Shown: one piece after another, positions 1 to 15,457 of the stretch
Numbering within the stretch: position 1 is the first letter of the stretch
Layout of the letters: every line of letters begins with the position of its first letter
Assembly: GCA_964016885.1 (NCBI GenBank)
Contig: OZ024744.1
Location: 87,854,001-87,918,000 of the forward strand
Origin: Eledone cirrhosa
Taxonomy: Eukaryota
Reading direction: 5' to 3'
Length of the DNA stretch: 64,000 nucleotides
Translations under genes and position numbers: made by a program
Notes under the pieces: model-generated
Seen by the model: the letters and a program-made list of their open reading frames with translations, nothing else
Databases searched by the model: none
What the model was told of the DNA's origin: nothing

Positions 1-1085
1 TATCTACCTAGTTGATGTTGTGTAAATTCCAATGAAAGAGTCTTGCGTCTATGTTAGAAACCGATGATATTGATAGACTATACTTCTCATGCATGGAAGG
101 AAGCCGGGGTCTAAAATCCATATTAACATCATACAAGACCCGAATAGATTTATGAGTATGAAGGAAATAATATCATTAGGATAATCAATGATCTGGAGGA
201 GAAATATGGAATAAGGCCTGATATAAATCTCTCTCGAGGGAACATTGGAAGATCATATTAAATGTTCGTACAAGATAAACAAATAGACCAATTTACAGAG
301 AAAGTTGGACATCGGTAGCTGAGGCAAAAACCATAGAGGGGATAGATCATTCAAAAAGCCTGGCATGGAGTCATCGACAAATTTATGACATCCTACCTTG
401 GAGAATATCTCTATGCAACACGGGAACAAGAAATCCCTACCAAATATCTGCTACACAAAAGAGGAGGACCATCAGTCAACAATAAATGTAAAACAAAGAT
501 CGAAGATGTTAGCCACATTTTTGCCAACTGCCAAAGAATGTTGTCTCGCTACAACCTCCTCATAAGATACGATGTGATATCTAGAACCAACAAATTTAAA
601 AACGAATGAGGAGGAATATGTTGAAATAGATGGAACTAAGAAATACTGGTGGAACCTGAAAATAAAAACCGACAGCACATTAAAGCACAGACGACCTGAT
701 ATTGTTTGGGACCACACATCGAAAACGTGCTCTGTTGGAGAGATCAGCTTCCCGCTTGATGTCAACGTTGTAAGAAAAATACAGGAGAAGAAAAACATCT
801 ACGGACAAATTGATGAGGAATTTGCAGATCCAGTATCCAAGATACACCTTCACCTTCATACACATCATCATTGGAGACACGGGGTAAAAAAAACCAACCC
901 GCTTTGACCAAAGTTTAATTGGACTTGGATTTGTGAACAAAGAGCGCAGCTCCCTAAGTCATAGACTAAAAATGGCTGCGGTAGCTTGCACCTTCAAAAT
1001 TTGCAAAACATTCTTGCGATTCAAGGGATGACAATTTCTTTTCTTTTACAACCTTGCCACCAGGGAGGTGGCCAGTCAAAAATGT
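1..1085 (+). pseudogene. Degenerate 3' part of an R4/Dong-like (RLE-type) non-LTR retrotransposon
   Basis: Broken frames encode DIDRLY..EG.RGL (about 67-112), a CCHC remnant (NNKCKTKIEDVSHIFANC) and RRPDIV of the PD-D endonuclease, in the same order as in the intact ORF at 41808-45200. Many stops and frameshifts. Confidence 0.75.
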
Positions 1086-1168
1086 ACTCGAAATTAAGAG
1101 AAAGAGAAAAATACATGCATGCATACATACATACATAAACACACACATACATATACACATATGTATAT

Positions 1169-1477
<309 letters not shown>

Positions 1478-1863
1478 TACATATGTATGTGTATATGTAT
1501 GTATGTATGTATGTATACATGTATGTATATGTAACAAAAGCATGTTAAAATAAATAAATGTATAAATAAGTAAAACTAAACGAAAATGCCTATAAAAATA
1601 AAATGGAAACGGATGTGAGGTTTTATGATACAAGAAACAAATGGCTATTGACGGCTGACCACAGTAAACGGGCACTTCAGTATATACTAAGAGCGTTTAT
1701 GATCGAGATGGTGTATAACTGTAATGTAAACAGACACAGCAGCACACGACGATGAATAAGGAGGAGAAACTTAATAGTAAACCGAACAAAGACAATAGAT
1801 ATATTTACTTAACTACCTATCTATCTATTTGTATGTCTTTCTGTCATTTTCTTCTGTATATAC

Positions 1864-1903
<40 letters not shown>

Positions 1904-1915
1904 GCACCACCCCAT

Positions 1916-1952
<37 letters not shown>

Positions 1953-2075
1953 TGCACACACACGCACGCACACACACATATATATATATATAATTCAAAA
2001 TGACAAACAAACGCAGGAGCCAATGGTACATAGTGTTATTAGCTTCACGCTTGGTGAGAATGGAGGTGGGGTTGT

Positions 2076-2110
2076 TTATGGCGTTTCGGACATAAGTCCT
2101 TCATCAGGAG
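2076..2110 (-). ncRNA. Hammerhead ribozyme core, probably degenerate (Penelope pseudo-LTR type)
   Basis: Minus strand reads CTGATGA-A-GGAC-TTAT-GTCC-GAAAC-GCC, i.e. catalytic core plus a 4-bp stem II. Stem I and the cleavage triplet are not convincing. Confidence 0.45.
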
Positions 2111-2220
2111 AGTGAGGGGAGTTAGCGGGAAAAATATGAAAGGACGGGAAATATAGAAATATATATATAGAGAGAAAAGAAATAGGATTTCGCTTCAAGC
2201 ATAGCTTTATAAAATATGTA

Positions 2221-2731
2221 TAAATATTTCGTATCTCCAAAGAAATACGGTTTTACGAACCCGTAGCTATGCAAACAACGGGGGCCTAACGCCCTCAGGT
2301 GATGTCTAGCAAAAGCAAAGGGGAGAAGCGTCTATGCATTTCAGGCTTAACTGGCCATCGTCAGGATGGTCCCACCCATCGCTTGCGACTGCTGGTTAAG
2401 CCTGAAATGCATAGACGGTTGTATAAAGCTATGCTTGAAGCGAGATCCTATTTCTTTTTTATTATAGTTGAGCCACCATATGCAGCTTTATATGCAAATG
2501 GAATTAATCACCTCATTTACACAGACGAGAAAACTATATATTCTCGCCTTCTCTTCTAGTCCAGCAGTCCCAAGCGGTGGGAGGGACCTGAGGATGGCCA
2601 GCTAAGCCTGAAATGCATAGACCGTTGTCCCCCTTGCTTTTGCTGGTGATCACCAGAGGGTGTTAGCCCCCCGGTGTTTGCATAGCTACGGCTTTCTAAA
2701 ACTGTATTTCTTTGGAGATACGAAATATTTA
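2221..2731. mobile_element. Fold-back / MITE-like element with about 175-bp imperfect inverted repeats
   Basis: 2221-2395 is the reverse complement of 2561-2731 (taaatatttcgtatctccaaagaaatac... / ...gtatttctttggagatacgaaatattta). It abuts (TA)n. Confidence 0.7.
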
Positions 2732-2746
2732 TATATATAATATATA

Positions 2747-2834
<88 letters not shown>

Positions 2835-3092
2835 GGAAAAAATGAAACGAATTTCATTTCTCGCTCTTACTACAGCTGTTACTTAAATATAAGTACGTAT
2901 ACGTACATACATATATGTTTACAGACGTACAGTAGTATATATATATACACATACATGCACACACATATATATATGTACGTATGGGTTTACCGAAAATTTA
3001 TTATAATGTTCAGTTTGTTTGTAAACAAACAGCCCGAATTAAGCCGTACAGTGTTTAGCAAACATTATTGCCCTTTTGTTCAACACTGACAA

Positions 3093-3149
3093 AGGAACGA
3101 TGTACTAGTTTCAAGCTTATTAGATATCGTCAGCATCGTATACCTTCCT
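3093..3149 (-). ncRNA. Type I minimal hammerhead ribozyme
   Basis: Minus strand: AGGA-(AGGTAT bulge)-ACGATG CTGACGA [TATCTAATAAGCTT] GAAAC TA GTA CATCGT-TCCT. Full core, bulged stem I, palindromic mini stem III (ACTAGT) and GUA cleavage triplet; stem II has mismatches. Confidence 0.7.
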
Positions 3150-3205
3150 GCCAGATGATTGAACGTCTGAAAGTATATACTCTCCCTATGCATATTAACG
3201 GATGA

Positions 3206-3270
<65 letters not shown>

Positions 3271-3330
3271 ACACTGGAAGGTAATATCCGTAGCGGTAGA
3301 GAACTCAGTCCATGGGACGAGTTTTGTAAA

Positions 3331-3512
3331 AGTGGTAACACAACAGTTAGTTCACCATACCGAGAACAATTGTTTCACCTTATGCGGATCTTCAGCTCCG
3401 TCTCTGCGAAATAATGTTGGCCAACTGACCAGTTGACCAAGTCCGAGCTGAAGATCCGTATAAGGTAAAACAATTGCTCACGGTATGGTGAACTAACTGT
3501 TGTATTACTACT
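3331..3512. repeat. About 70-bp inverted repeat (hairpin element)
   Basis: 3331-3400 pairs with 3443-3512 (acaacagttagttcaccatacc... / ...cggtatggtgaactaactgttgt). Confidence 0.8.
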
Positions 3513-3616
<104 letters not shown>

Positions 3617-3656
3617 CCTCTCTCTGTCTCTGTATATATATATATATATATATATA

Positions 3657-3846
3657 TTGTTATACTTTGGGAGGGTCATGTTGCCAATAAGGAACACACG
3701 CACCAGTTGCTTTCACTTCAATTTATTATAATAAATTTATAAATTTATAAATTTATAAATTTATAAATTTATTATAATACATTGAAGTGAAAGCAACTGG
3801 TGCGTGTGTTCCTTATTGGCAACATGACCCTCCCAAAGTATAACAA
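3657..3846. mobile_element. Near-perfect 190-bp palindromic MITE-like element with TGTTATA...TATAACA ends, next to (TA)n
   Basis: ttgttatactttgggagggtcatgttgccaataagg... is mirrored by ...ccttattggcaacatgaccctcccaaagtataacaa. The core is (taaattta)n. The same terminal family occurs at 57758-58825. Confidence 0.75.
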
Positions 3847-3901
3847 TATCGGTTTCAACACACGATTTCAGATAAAGAATCTTGGTAAACAAATTCAGAA
3901 A

Positions 3902-3955
<54 letters not shown>

Positions 3956-4260
3956 GAGAGGATAAGGTGCTTATACTTGGTTACTAAGCTGTAACTTCGT
4001 GAGGATAAGTCGGTTCGAGCAATCTAAAAGCACTTCATGTTAGTAGTTTATCTCAGCTAAAATTTGGTGATTACGATTTACAGAGTATTCATATATCAAA
4101 TTAAAGTTAGTTAAGTCGGAGTTACTTCACAATAATTGCTTTGTTGCATGGTATTTATTTTTGTTACATGCATACATATGTGATTTCATCAGATGCTTAT
4201 ACAATCATGGGTATAGTTATACAATCACGAGAATATGTTGCTGGTCATGTATTACCATCC

Positions 4261-4338
<78 letters not shown>

Positions 4339-4444
4339 CGTGTATCTGCGTGTGTGTGTGTGTGTGTGTGTGTTTGTGTGTGTGTGTTTAATATAGAAAA
4401 GCTCTAGTCCTGTAGAAGCTTTTCTATATTAAATATATATACTC

Positions 4445-6270
<1,826 letters not shown>

Positions 6271-6271
6271 T

Positions 6272-9200
6272 CAAAAAGAGTGAAATCTCCGAGGGTCACT
6301 CGTGGCGAAAACCACACAAAAAAGACCAAGGCCTCCCTGACCACCAGGGCAAGCACCCTCTCTCAGTTTTCCCACTCCTCAGTCTACAGGCGCATACTCA
6401 GGGCGGGCCCGTTCACTCGGACCAGACTCGCCACTTTCACCCAACTTTCAACAAACTTACTAGAAGACAGCACTTGCCTCACCACCCTGATTTTCTTCTT
6501 CAAGTGACACTTGAAAAAGTTAATCAGGGATTGGCCGAAAAGGAAAGTGTCCGTCTTCAAACCTTTCAACCTTGTCCATCACACAATCTCTTCGCCTTGG
6601 CCACCAGGCAGATGAAAACTGCCTGCCCTTCCTCCACTTTAAAGGAGGAAGGCGGGGTTATCTGCACAATGGACTCAGTCGTAAACCGGATCCGTCCTAC
6701 ATGCAACAGCGACTGTTCGACATAGCCCCACAAGTCAGCAATCCTCGGGCACTGAACGAGTGCGTGCAGGACGGTTTAGCCGCCCTGCGCGCATCTCGGA
6801 TAGGCTCAGGTGACAGCACCTCCGTGCTTGTAGAGTTCATCCCAACCGGCAACGCTCCCCGGTAGCATTGCCAGGCCAGGGATTTCTGGAAGATGTCCAT
6901 AGGTCCGGTCTGAAAGTTCTCTTGAGGAGAGCGAACAGCTGATCATCTTCGACGTCCAGGGTATCCCCGAGAAAGTCGTCGCTCTTTCCCTCCACTAGCC
7001 CTCTATAGAACGCCGAGGTGGATGTTCCACCGATACTACTGCCAGCTGGTAGAGGGCGGTGAGCACTTGGAGACATTCCAGCTTCCAAGTGCTATGCCTC
7101 GGTCTTTTCCTGATACAGGACTGCAGCTCCGTCAAGGAGACGAGCTGGGGAAAAGCGCGTCTGGCAAACGGCGACCACAACTGTTCACCGTCAAGGAAGC
7201 ACCAGAGATGTTGCAGTCTAAGCACATGTTTGCGCATCATCAGCCACGGCATAACTAGTCCTCCACGCAACTTGTGCTGACAGCAGATGGATCGTCAGAC
7301 GTTGGGAGCACGTGCCTCCGACAGCACCACGGTGACGTTGTCGGCGTAGGCCGACACGGATTTCCTGCATCCCAGTTCGCGAGGGACCCCCCTCATAGTC
7401 TCCAATGTGTGCAGTAACGGCTCGAAGGCCAGTACGTACAGAAGGGACGAGAGGGGAAACCCTGGCGGACCGAGCGCATGATGCTGAACGGCTGCAACAG
7501 GTGACCATTCACCCTCACAATCGAGCAGTTGTCGCTATACATCGCAACGATCCAGCCCTTAAAACAGGCCCGAAGCCGGCCGCCTCGAGTACCACAGACA
7601 GGTACCGATAGTCGACCCTATCAAATGCGTTAGAATGATCCAAGTTGATAAGGGCTCTACCCGTGCCAAGTTCCTTAACTACTCCCAATAAGATGTATCG
7701 CATGAGATGGAGGTTTTCGTGGATGGATCTGTCCAGAATGGCGCATGTCTGCGCCTCTCCCACCATATCACTGAAGACAAGCGTCGAACTCTTTGCTAAC
7801 ACCTTCGCCAAAATCTTGAACTCTGCGTTTAGCAAAGTTATGGGCCTGAAGTTGTCTATAGCTTCCCCCTTTTTCGGGTCTTTTCTCAGCAGCGCCACCG
7901 CTTCCCGCCTCACAACACTGGGAATGCTCCTGTTCTGCTGTCAGTTGCAGCAGACATCTGCCAAGAGGTCGCCGAACAAGTCTGGCATGTACGCATAAAG
8001 GTCGTAGGCCAGACCTTCCAAACCTGGTGATTTACCCCTTGTGGAGTCAGAGATCGCTTCCTGTATTTCACCTGCTGTTATCGGCCTTTCGCAGCACTGC
8101 GCTGCGGTCGTCTAGAGCCGCGGCAGTCCGTCGAAGTATGCACCGAAGTCCTTACTCCGAACCGGCCCGCCGCCGCCCCCGAAAAATTGAGCAAAGTGCT
8201 GTTGAAAAGCCGCACACATCTGCTCGGGTTCGAGCAGCATGCGCCCGTTTTGATCAGGCACAGACCGAATTGTGGCTTTCTTGTCACGTCGCACCTCCAC
8301 CACCCAGGCCCATTGAACGGCTGTCGTCCCTTCATGACTCAGAGCACGCAGTCTAGCTCTGACAACGCACCATTCATGCTTTGCGTTGATAAATTGGTCG
8401 AGTGCCAATGACGCCACTTCTAGCTTTCTAACTAGCTCTCCCTCTACTCTATTGTCCTCAATCACTACTCCTTTGCTAAACCTTATCGATTGTACTCTAA
8501 TAGCCCTTTTCAGGGTAAACCACCACCTGTTGATGTCGATCGTACCCGTTAACGCCCGCTTAACTAATTCGCTAATCCGGTCCCTGTAAGCTTTGCGCGC
8601 CGGGAACGACGCGTTCAGCTTCCAGTAACCGGGCCCTTGCCTATGGAGTCTATCTAAGTCAACTTCACAGATCACAAATTTGTGGTCCGTGTAGCCGACT
8701 ACATTGAATTGTGGACAACCTACACTAGCCTTATCTGTTTCCCTACAGAATACCCTATCTAAATACGATCTGGATGATGGATGCGGTTTGCCCATGTCCA
8801 CATTGGCACATTCGGATAATCCAGTCTATACCTGTCAGACAGTTCAAACCCTCTGAGCAGGTTGTTGAGGCTTTTACACCCTCCTCCTCTGTCTACTCGC
8901 CCCACATAATCCCAGCGTGCATCTAAGATACCGTTCCAGTCGCCCACTAACACTAATGAGCGGGACGTTCCAAGAAAGCTCTCTAGACGTCTGAAGAAAT
9001 CTGGCCGTCCTGTTCCTGTTGTGGCGTAGACAGCTACTAGCCTGAAATCATTACCTTCGCTGCCGGTCACGTCCAGCACAACTGACTTACCTTCTGGGTC
9101 TAGGAAGATGGCCCGTAGGGCGAGATCCAAGCCTCTCCGAAAAAGCGCAGCAACTCCTCCCCCGATCCTGGACGGCTGGGAGATGCGTATATATGGTAAC

Positions 9201-11562
9201 CACAGAAGATCGGTGCGAAGGCTCGTGCCTCGGACATTCTGGTCTCGCTGATGGCCACCACATCTATGTTTAGTGACGTGAGGTCGTTGAGCAGGTGGCC
9301 CTGCTTCCGTGACGAACCCAGGCCACGCGCATTTATGGTGCCTATTCTGAGTGAGGTCATGTTGAAATGGAGTGGAAAAACACCCCTTACCTCACTTCTT
9401 GTGGAAAAAGGATGGTTTTTCCGTCCTTCTCACTGATTGTGGCCTCCTCCGGAAGGATGTCTTTATAAATCCTCCTCGAGAGTGTTTGTCGGAAATCTCC
9501 GATGTCCTTGGGGAATTCTAATGTTAGTGTCGTGTACGTTTTCTATGTGATGCAAGTGATTTGTATGTATGGAGGTGATGTGAATTTTTGGGGTGTTGTA
9601 TAGTCTTTTTCTTTTGTTGTTCAAATTTAACGCTGTGTAGTCGTTTTGGTTGCTTTGTTTTGTTTGCGTTTGTTGTGGGTTTATTTCTGTTTCGCTTCTT
9701 TGGGATTTTTGTGGTGTTGGTGATGGTGGTGTTGGGGTTAATGATGGTGATGGTGTTATGATGATGGGGCTGGTGATACTGGTGTGGGTGGTGTCTTAAC
9801 CTTTTTGTTAGTTTGTTTGTTTCGCCCTGCATCTTGTTTTTGGAGGGCGAAGGAAGAGGTTTTTTTCTCTTTCGGTTTCTTTTTTTCTTCTTTTTTCCAG
9901 ATACAGTTTCCACTCCTACTGTCCTCACAATCTGTCTTCAGTTGCGATAGGTCGGGGAGTGGAAATCCTCCACAGGCGTTGGTTCTAGTTGTGGCGTGAT
10001 GGATGGTGGAGACCCTGGTGCTAATTCTGGCGCGGTGGGTGGTGGTGGTGTTTGTTTTGCTACCGCTGCTCCTACAGTTGCTAAGGTTATTGCTGCTACA
10101 GTTGCTGTTGCCATTTCTGCTGCTGGTGTTGATGGTTGAGTCACTGGGGTGGGTAGGAGAGGTGGCCTCAAACTTTTAGCTTGAGGTCAGAAAGCCTTTA
10201 TGTGGGTTCTTTCGCCACAAACGACACACCTAAGCCTTCTACCCTATACGATTACGGTGAGGTGGCTGCCGTCATTGAGGTCTATCACCTCTCGAATTTC
10301 CTGTATGTTTTTTAGGTCCGCTTGGCTCAGGAGCTCCATCCCAGACCTGGACCAGTTCTCCTGCTTTACTTTTATCTCCTCAATTACTTTAGTGTTGGCC
10401 TCGATGTCGACGAGGACGGCAGCCATTAGCCAGGAAATTTCAATGGCCGGTGGAACCTGGGTCACCCTGATCTTCACGTGCCTCTGACTACAATAGCTTG
10501 GGACGAGTGTGAACTCGTCACTTTTAAATGGGGCCAGGGTGTGCTCTCTGGCTTCGTGTGAAGTTCCAAAGAACACGTCCACGGTTCCATATTTCTGCCC
10601 AAGTCTGATGTGGGTTTTGCGCCCACACATGTCCCAAAGCTTTTTGCACCTGGGACTCGGATGCCCGTTCCACTCGGTGTGATTTTGTGTTTATCGTCCA
10701 ATATGACACGGTGCTATATTTTATTAAATGAGGGTGAGGCTGTAATCATATTTTCTTACCATTCACTTGGCTTCATTCAATTCTTCCTGGCTTACCTTGA
10801 CTGTTTAGTTTTTCGTGGCTGCTTTGGCAAACGACACATTTTGTTTTGCGCTGGTGTTGATGTTGTTATCCTCATTGTTGTTGTTGCTGTTGTTGTTATT
10901 GTTATTTTTGTTATTGTTATTTTTAGTTTCAATTGTGGTAGTTGTGGTGGTGATGGTGGTGGTGGTGGTGGTGGTGGTGGTGGTGGTGGTGGTGTCAGTG
11001 GCGATCGGCGTTGAAGAGTCGATTCTGGGTGAATTCATTTCGATGTCACGAGATAATAATTTATTTTTTGTTTCTGTTGTCGCTGTGGTGGCGGTGGTGG
11101 TGGTGATGGTATTAGTGGTGTTGGTTGTTCTTTTTGACATTGTGGTGGTTGAGGTGGAGGCTTTAACACATACAGATATTGGTAATGGCGGGAAATCCAT
11201 GTGTGTATGTGACAAATCTAAATAATTGAGATGCTATTAATTATATTTTCAGTGTTGGCAACCGTGGCAAGGATTACAATGGTGGCGGGGGTGGGGGATG
11301 TTAGTCTGTTAGAAACAGAAGATTCGGGTAGCTGAATGCCGTCCATGTTTTCTTTTTCAAAGAAATGTATTGTTTGATAAATATAAAGTTTAAATGTTGG
11401 TCTCAAGATCCAAATATTATTGAGTATCCTTCTCAGAGAGCAATATATGTGAACTTATAAACACTTAACAACAAAAATTTTCCATAACTGGAAATTTGAA
11501 ACGACTGAAAACAACAAACCTTTGTGGAGCTCACGATAATACGATTTCCTACGTAGGTCGCC
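6272..11562 (-). mobile_element. Tx1-like LINE copy A (intact 5' end, decayed ORF1 about 9388-11346, ORF2 6384-9360, extreme 3' end lost)
   Basis: ORF2 fragments: APE N-terminus MTSLRIGTINARG, GDWN, NFRPITLLN and C-terminal CCHC. There is an internal deletion near 7315. The 5' end GGCGACCTACGTAG abuts (AAT)n at 11563. Confidence 0.93.
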
Positions 11563-11577
11563 AATAATAATAATAAT

Positions 11578-11765
11578 TGTTTCTACTTTAGGCACAAGGC
11601 CAGCAATTACCCAGTGCATTACTGGTACTTTATTTTATCGACCCCATAAGGATGAAAGGCAAAGCCAACCTCGGCGGGATTTGAACTCAGATCGTAAAGG
11701 GACGTAACTATGCTGGAAAGCATGGCGTCCGACCCTCCGCCGATACTGCCAATCCACCGCCCTTT
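11578..11765 (-). mobile_element. tRNA-derived SINE between two (TAA)n tracts
   Basis: Minus strand has an A-box-like TGGCAGTATCGG, B-box GAGTTCAAATCC, central GCCTTTCATCCTT..GGGGTCGATAAAAT..GTACCAG domain and 3' end GGCCTTGTGCCTAAAGTAGAAACA(ATT)n. Confidence 0.9.
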
Positions 11766-11795
11766 CCCAATAATAATAATAATGATATTAATAAT

Positions 11796-14700
11796 GATTT
11801 CATTTATTGGCCACAAAGGCCGATATGTATGGGACAATACTTAGAAAGGGTCAGTGGCGGTTTACAATAAGGTGGAGCAAAAGTGGACAATGGCAAGACT
11901 TATTTAACAATGAAGATATAAAAAATATAAAATAAACTATGCATAAATATAACAAAATAAATTCCCCTATGGGGCGTGTGCGACCCAGGAGTGACTCAGG
12001 TACCCCACCAATCCTGAACCACCCTGCGCTTCTAGGGCACCCAGGGAGAGCACCCTTCTCTTCAAATTAGCTAGCCTATAGGCGCATGGTCAGAGTAGGC
12101 CCAGTTACACGGGCCATTCTCGCCACATTCATCAACCTTTCAGAAAATGTACTGGGGGGGGGGGTCAGCACTTCTCTCTCCACCCTCACCTTCCTTTCCA
12201 GCTGAAACTTGAAGAAGTTGATGAGGGATTGGCCGAAGAGAATAGTGTCTCTCTTCAGTCCTTTTAATCTGGTCCACCATATAACCTCTTTCGCAACTGC
12301 CACCAGACAGAGGGAAATTGCCTGCTCTTCCTGACCAAACGAAGGCGGCGAGTCGATCTTCACTATGGACTCAGTGAATAGCCGGATCCGTTCCACACGC
12401 GACAGAAGCTGTTTGACATAACTCCACAAGTCAGTAATGCACGGACATTGGACAAGTGCGTGCAGAACGGTTTCGTTATTCTGTGCGGGTCTTGGGCATG
12501 TCCATCTGACCACTTCCGTGCCTGTAGAGTTTATCCCGAACCGACAGTGCCCCCCGGTAGCACTGCCAGGCTAGGGACTTCCGGAAATTGTCCATCGTCC
12601 TCGGTCGAAAGTCCTCCTGAACAGACTGGTCAGTTCGAATTCGTCGAGGCCCAAAGCTTCTTCGAGTGCGTCATCGCACTTTCCCACCACTAATCCTTTA
12701 TAGAACTCGAGAGTGGATGTTCCACTGATCGCATTGCCCGCTTGGTAGAGGGCAATGAATTCCTGGCAACATTACAGGTGCCAGTCACCCAGTCTTGGTC
12801 CTTCTTGACCCAGGACTGCAGCTCAGTCAAATAAACGAGCTGCGGAAGAGCCTGTCTGATAAACGGCGAACACATATGTTCACCGTTTAGGCAGAATATC
12901 TGGAGATGTCTCAGCCTCAGCGCATGTCTGCGCAACATTAGCCACGGCATGCCCTGCCCTCCGGCTAGAGGGTGTTGGCAGCTGATGACTGCCTCACCAA
13001 CGGAAATTGTCCTCTCCACTAGAATTTGAAGAGGAGCCGTTCCAACTTGCCGAGGCGCGGACGGTGGCAAGGCGGTAGTAGATGACGGACGCGGTGTACG
13101 TATTCGCCACCTCCGCGCGACCTTTCAGTGATAGCTTCCTCCCAGCCCATTTTTGGGTGAGACTGGCTACCCTGCTGGTTACCTCGTCCCAATTCTCTTC
13201 GAGCTGAAGGTCTGGTCCGAACCAAACCCCCAGCAACTTTCAAGGCCCGTCAGTCCAGCACCCCACGACGCTGTTGGACGGCCTGGGTTTGCTTCTCCAG
13301 GTTCCGAGCTGCAAGCTCACTGACTTTTTCGGGTTAAATTTGGCTTCTGTTAACCTTTCATATTCCTTCAATAAGGTGCTGAACATTTCGGGTCGAACGG
13401 GACGCCCTGCAACAGCTCCAGCTTCCGCTGTAAAGGCTCAATAGTCAATACGTACAGAAGGCAAGAGAGAGGGCACCCTTTACGGGCCGATCGGGAGAGC
13501 CGAAATGGTTCCGAGAGGTGGCCATTAACCTTGGCCACCGAACATGTGCCGCTCTGCATTGCAGCGATCCAGCTTCTAAAGACAGGGCCGAAGCCACCTG
13601 CTTTGAGGACAAAGTCTAGATATCGATGGTCGACCCTATCGAATGCTTTCGATTGATCTAAATTAATCAGTGCCCCACCGAAGCCAGGTTCACACCCTAC
13701 CCTCTCTATGATGTATCGCATGAGGTGGAGATTGTCGTGTATGGACCTGGCTGGGATTGCACATGTTTGCGCCTCCCTAACCAAATCCTCGACGACAAGC
13801 GCCAATCTCTTTGCTAACACCTTGGCCAAAATCTTAAACTCTGTGTTGAGCAGAGTTATGGGCCTGAAGTTGTCAAATGCATCCCCCTTGTTCTCGTCTT
13901 TCCTTATCAGCGTCACCACTCCCATGGTTACAGAACTGGGAATACTCCCATTCAGCTTCCAGTTGCAGTAGAGTACTTCGTAGAGATCGGAAAACAAGTC
14001 TGGCATATTTACGTAAAGATCGTAGGGCCGGCCATCCAAACAGGGTGACTTGCACATCATGCAGCCGACAAGGGCGTCTTGAATTTCGGCTGAATAATCA
14101 GCCTTTCGCAGCGCTCAGCATCGACCGTCGAGATGCGCGGCCAGCTGTCAAGGTAGGGACTGAAATCTGCTACTCTCTCTCTGACTCACCACTCTCCCAG
14201 AACAACTGAGCAAAGTGCTGGCGAAAAGCCTCACACATCCGCTTGGAATCGCTTATCTCGTGTCCGTCTCGGTCCTCCAAAGACCGAATTGTTGTTTTAT
14301 TACCACGCTGCACCTCCGCCACGCGGACCAATCGAACAGCTTTGGTTCCCTCGTTTCTCAGCGCCCGCGCCTTAGCTCTGACAATGCATCCTTCGTGTTT
14401 CGCATTGAAGAAATAGTCTAATGCCATTGTCGCCGCTAACACGTCAGTTGCAATGCCACTACAAATAGCCTCGTCTAACTTATATACAGCTCCCTCTCCT
14501 TTCTAATTTTCTATAACGCTAGTTCCTTGCTGAACTCTATGGAAGTTACTCTAATCTCTCTTTTGAGATCCTCCCACCATCTGTTGTTGATGATCCCTCC
14601 TGTCAACTTTTGCTTAACTAAATTGTTGAGTAGGTCCCTGTAAGCCTTTCGTGCCGGAAATGACATGTTCAGCTTCCAGTAACCCGGTCCCAACCTACGC

Positions 14701-14821
14701 GTTTTATCTAGGTCGACTATGCAGATCACAAATTTGTGATCCGAATAGGCGACCGCTTTAAAAATTGGGCAGCCTACACTATTTCTACATATTTTCCTAA
14801 TGAAGAGATCCTATCTATATA
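11796..14821 (-). mobile_element. Tx1-like LINE copy B (subfamily 2), truncated within the endonuclease domain
   Basis: The 3' end AATAAATGAAATC runs into (ATT)n. ORF2 stop is at 12076; RT fragments at 13368-14060. Sequence is close to copy C. Confidence 0.93.
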
Positions 14822-14825
14822 TCAT

Positions 14826-15439
14826 CATATTGTATCCGAGCGTAAACACCTAGCCCAGACTCACTATAAAGGCTGGAGATATGATGTGATGGATAGGATG
14901 ATCCACTGGAAGCTATGCAAAGTTAACAATTTACCACATTCTGAGAAGTGGTATGAACATAAGCCAGAGTCGGTGATAGAAAACGATCAGGTGAATGTGC
15001 TATGGGATTTTAGGATACAGACAGACAAGAAACTGGAACACAATAGGCCTGACCTGGTATTTTTGGACAAGGAAAAAAGATCGTGCCTGTTTGTAGATGT
15101 AGCCTGCCCATTTGACACGAGAGTGCAAGAAAAGGAGAGGGAGAAAATTAACCGATATCAGGACTTAAAGTGGGAGGTAAAAAGGATTTGGAACTGCCGT
15201 GAAGTCAAAGTCGTCCCGATTGTCATAGGCGCACTAGGTACTATCTCAAAGAGTGTTCAAGGATGGTTAAAGAAAGTTAGTCCAGCCCCGCTTTATGGAA
15301 CACTTCAAAAGGCATGCTTGCTGGGAACAGCAAGAACCCTCCGATACGTCCTGAATATCTGAGGCTGCAGGTAGCGGCCTGCTATTCATTTCAACAAACT
15401 TTCCAGTTAAATAACATCAATGACTGAGACTCAAAGAAC
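14826..15439 (+). mobile_element. R4/Dong-like family A 3' fragment (RLE domain + 3'UTR) with (TAA)n tail 15440-15457
   Basis: HIVSE.KHL...RPD...DVACP...EKINRYQDL...LRYVLNI* and the 3'UTR are nearly identical to the end of 41808-45274. Confidence 0.93.
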
Positions 15440-15457
15440 AATAATAATAATAATAAT

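Noticed and set aside
14736-15362. 208-aa ORF as a standalone nuclease gene
   Set aside because: It is a chimera of antisense Tx1 sequence and a truncated Dong endonuclease domain.
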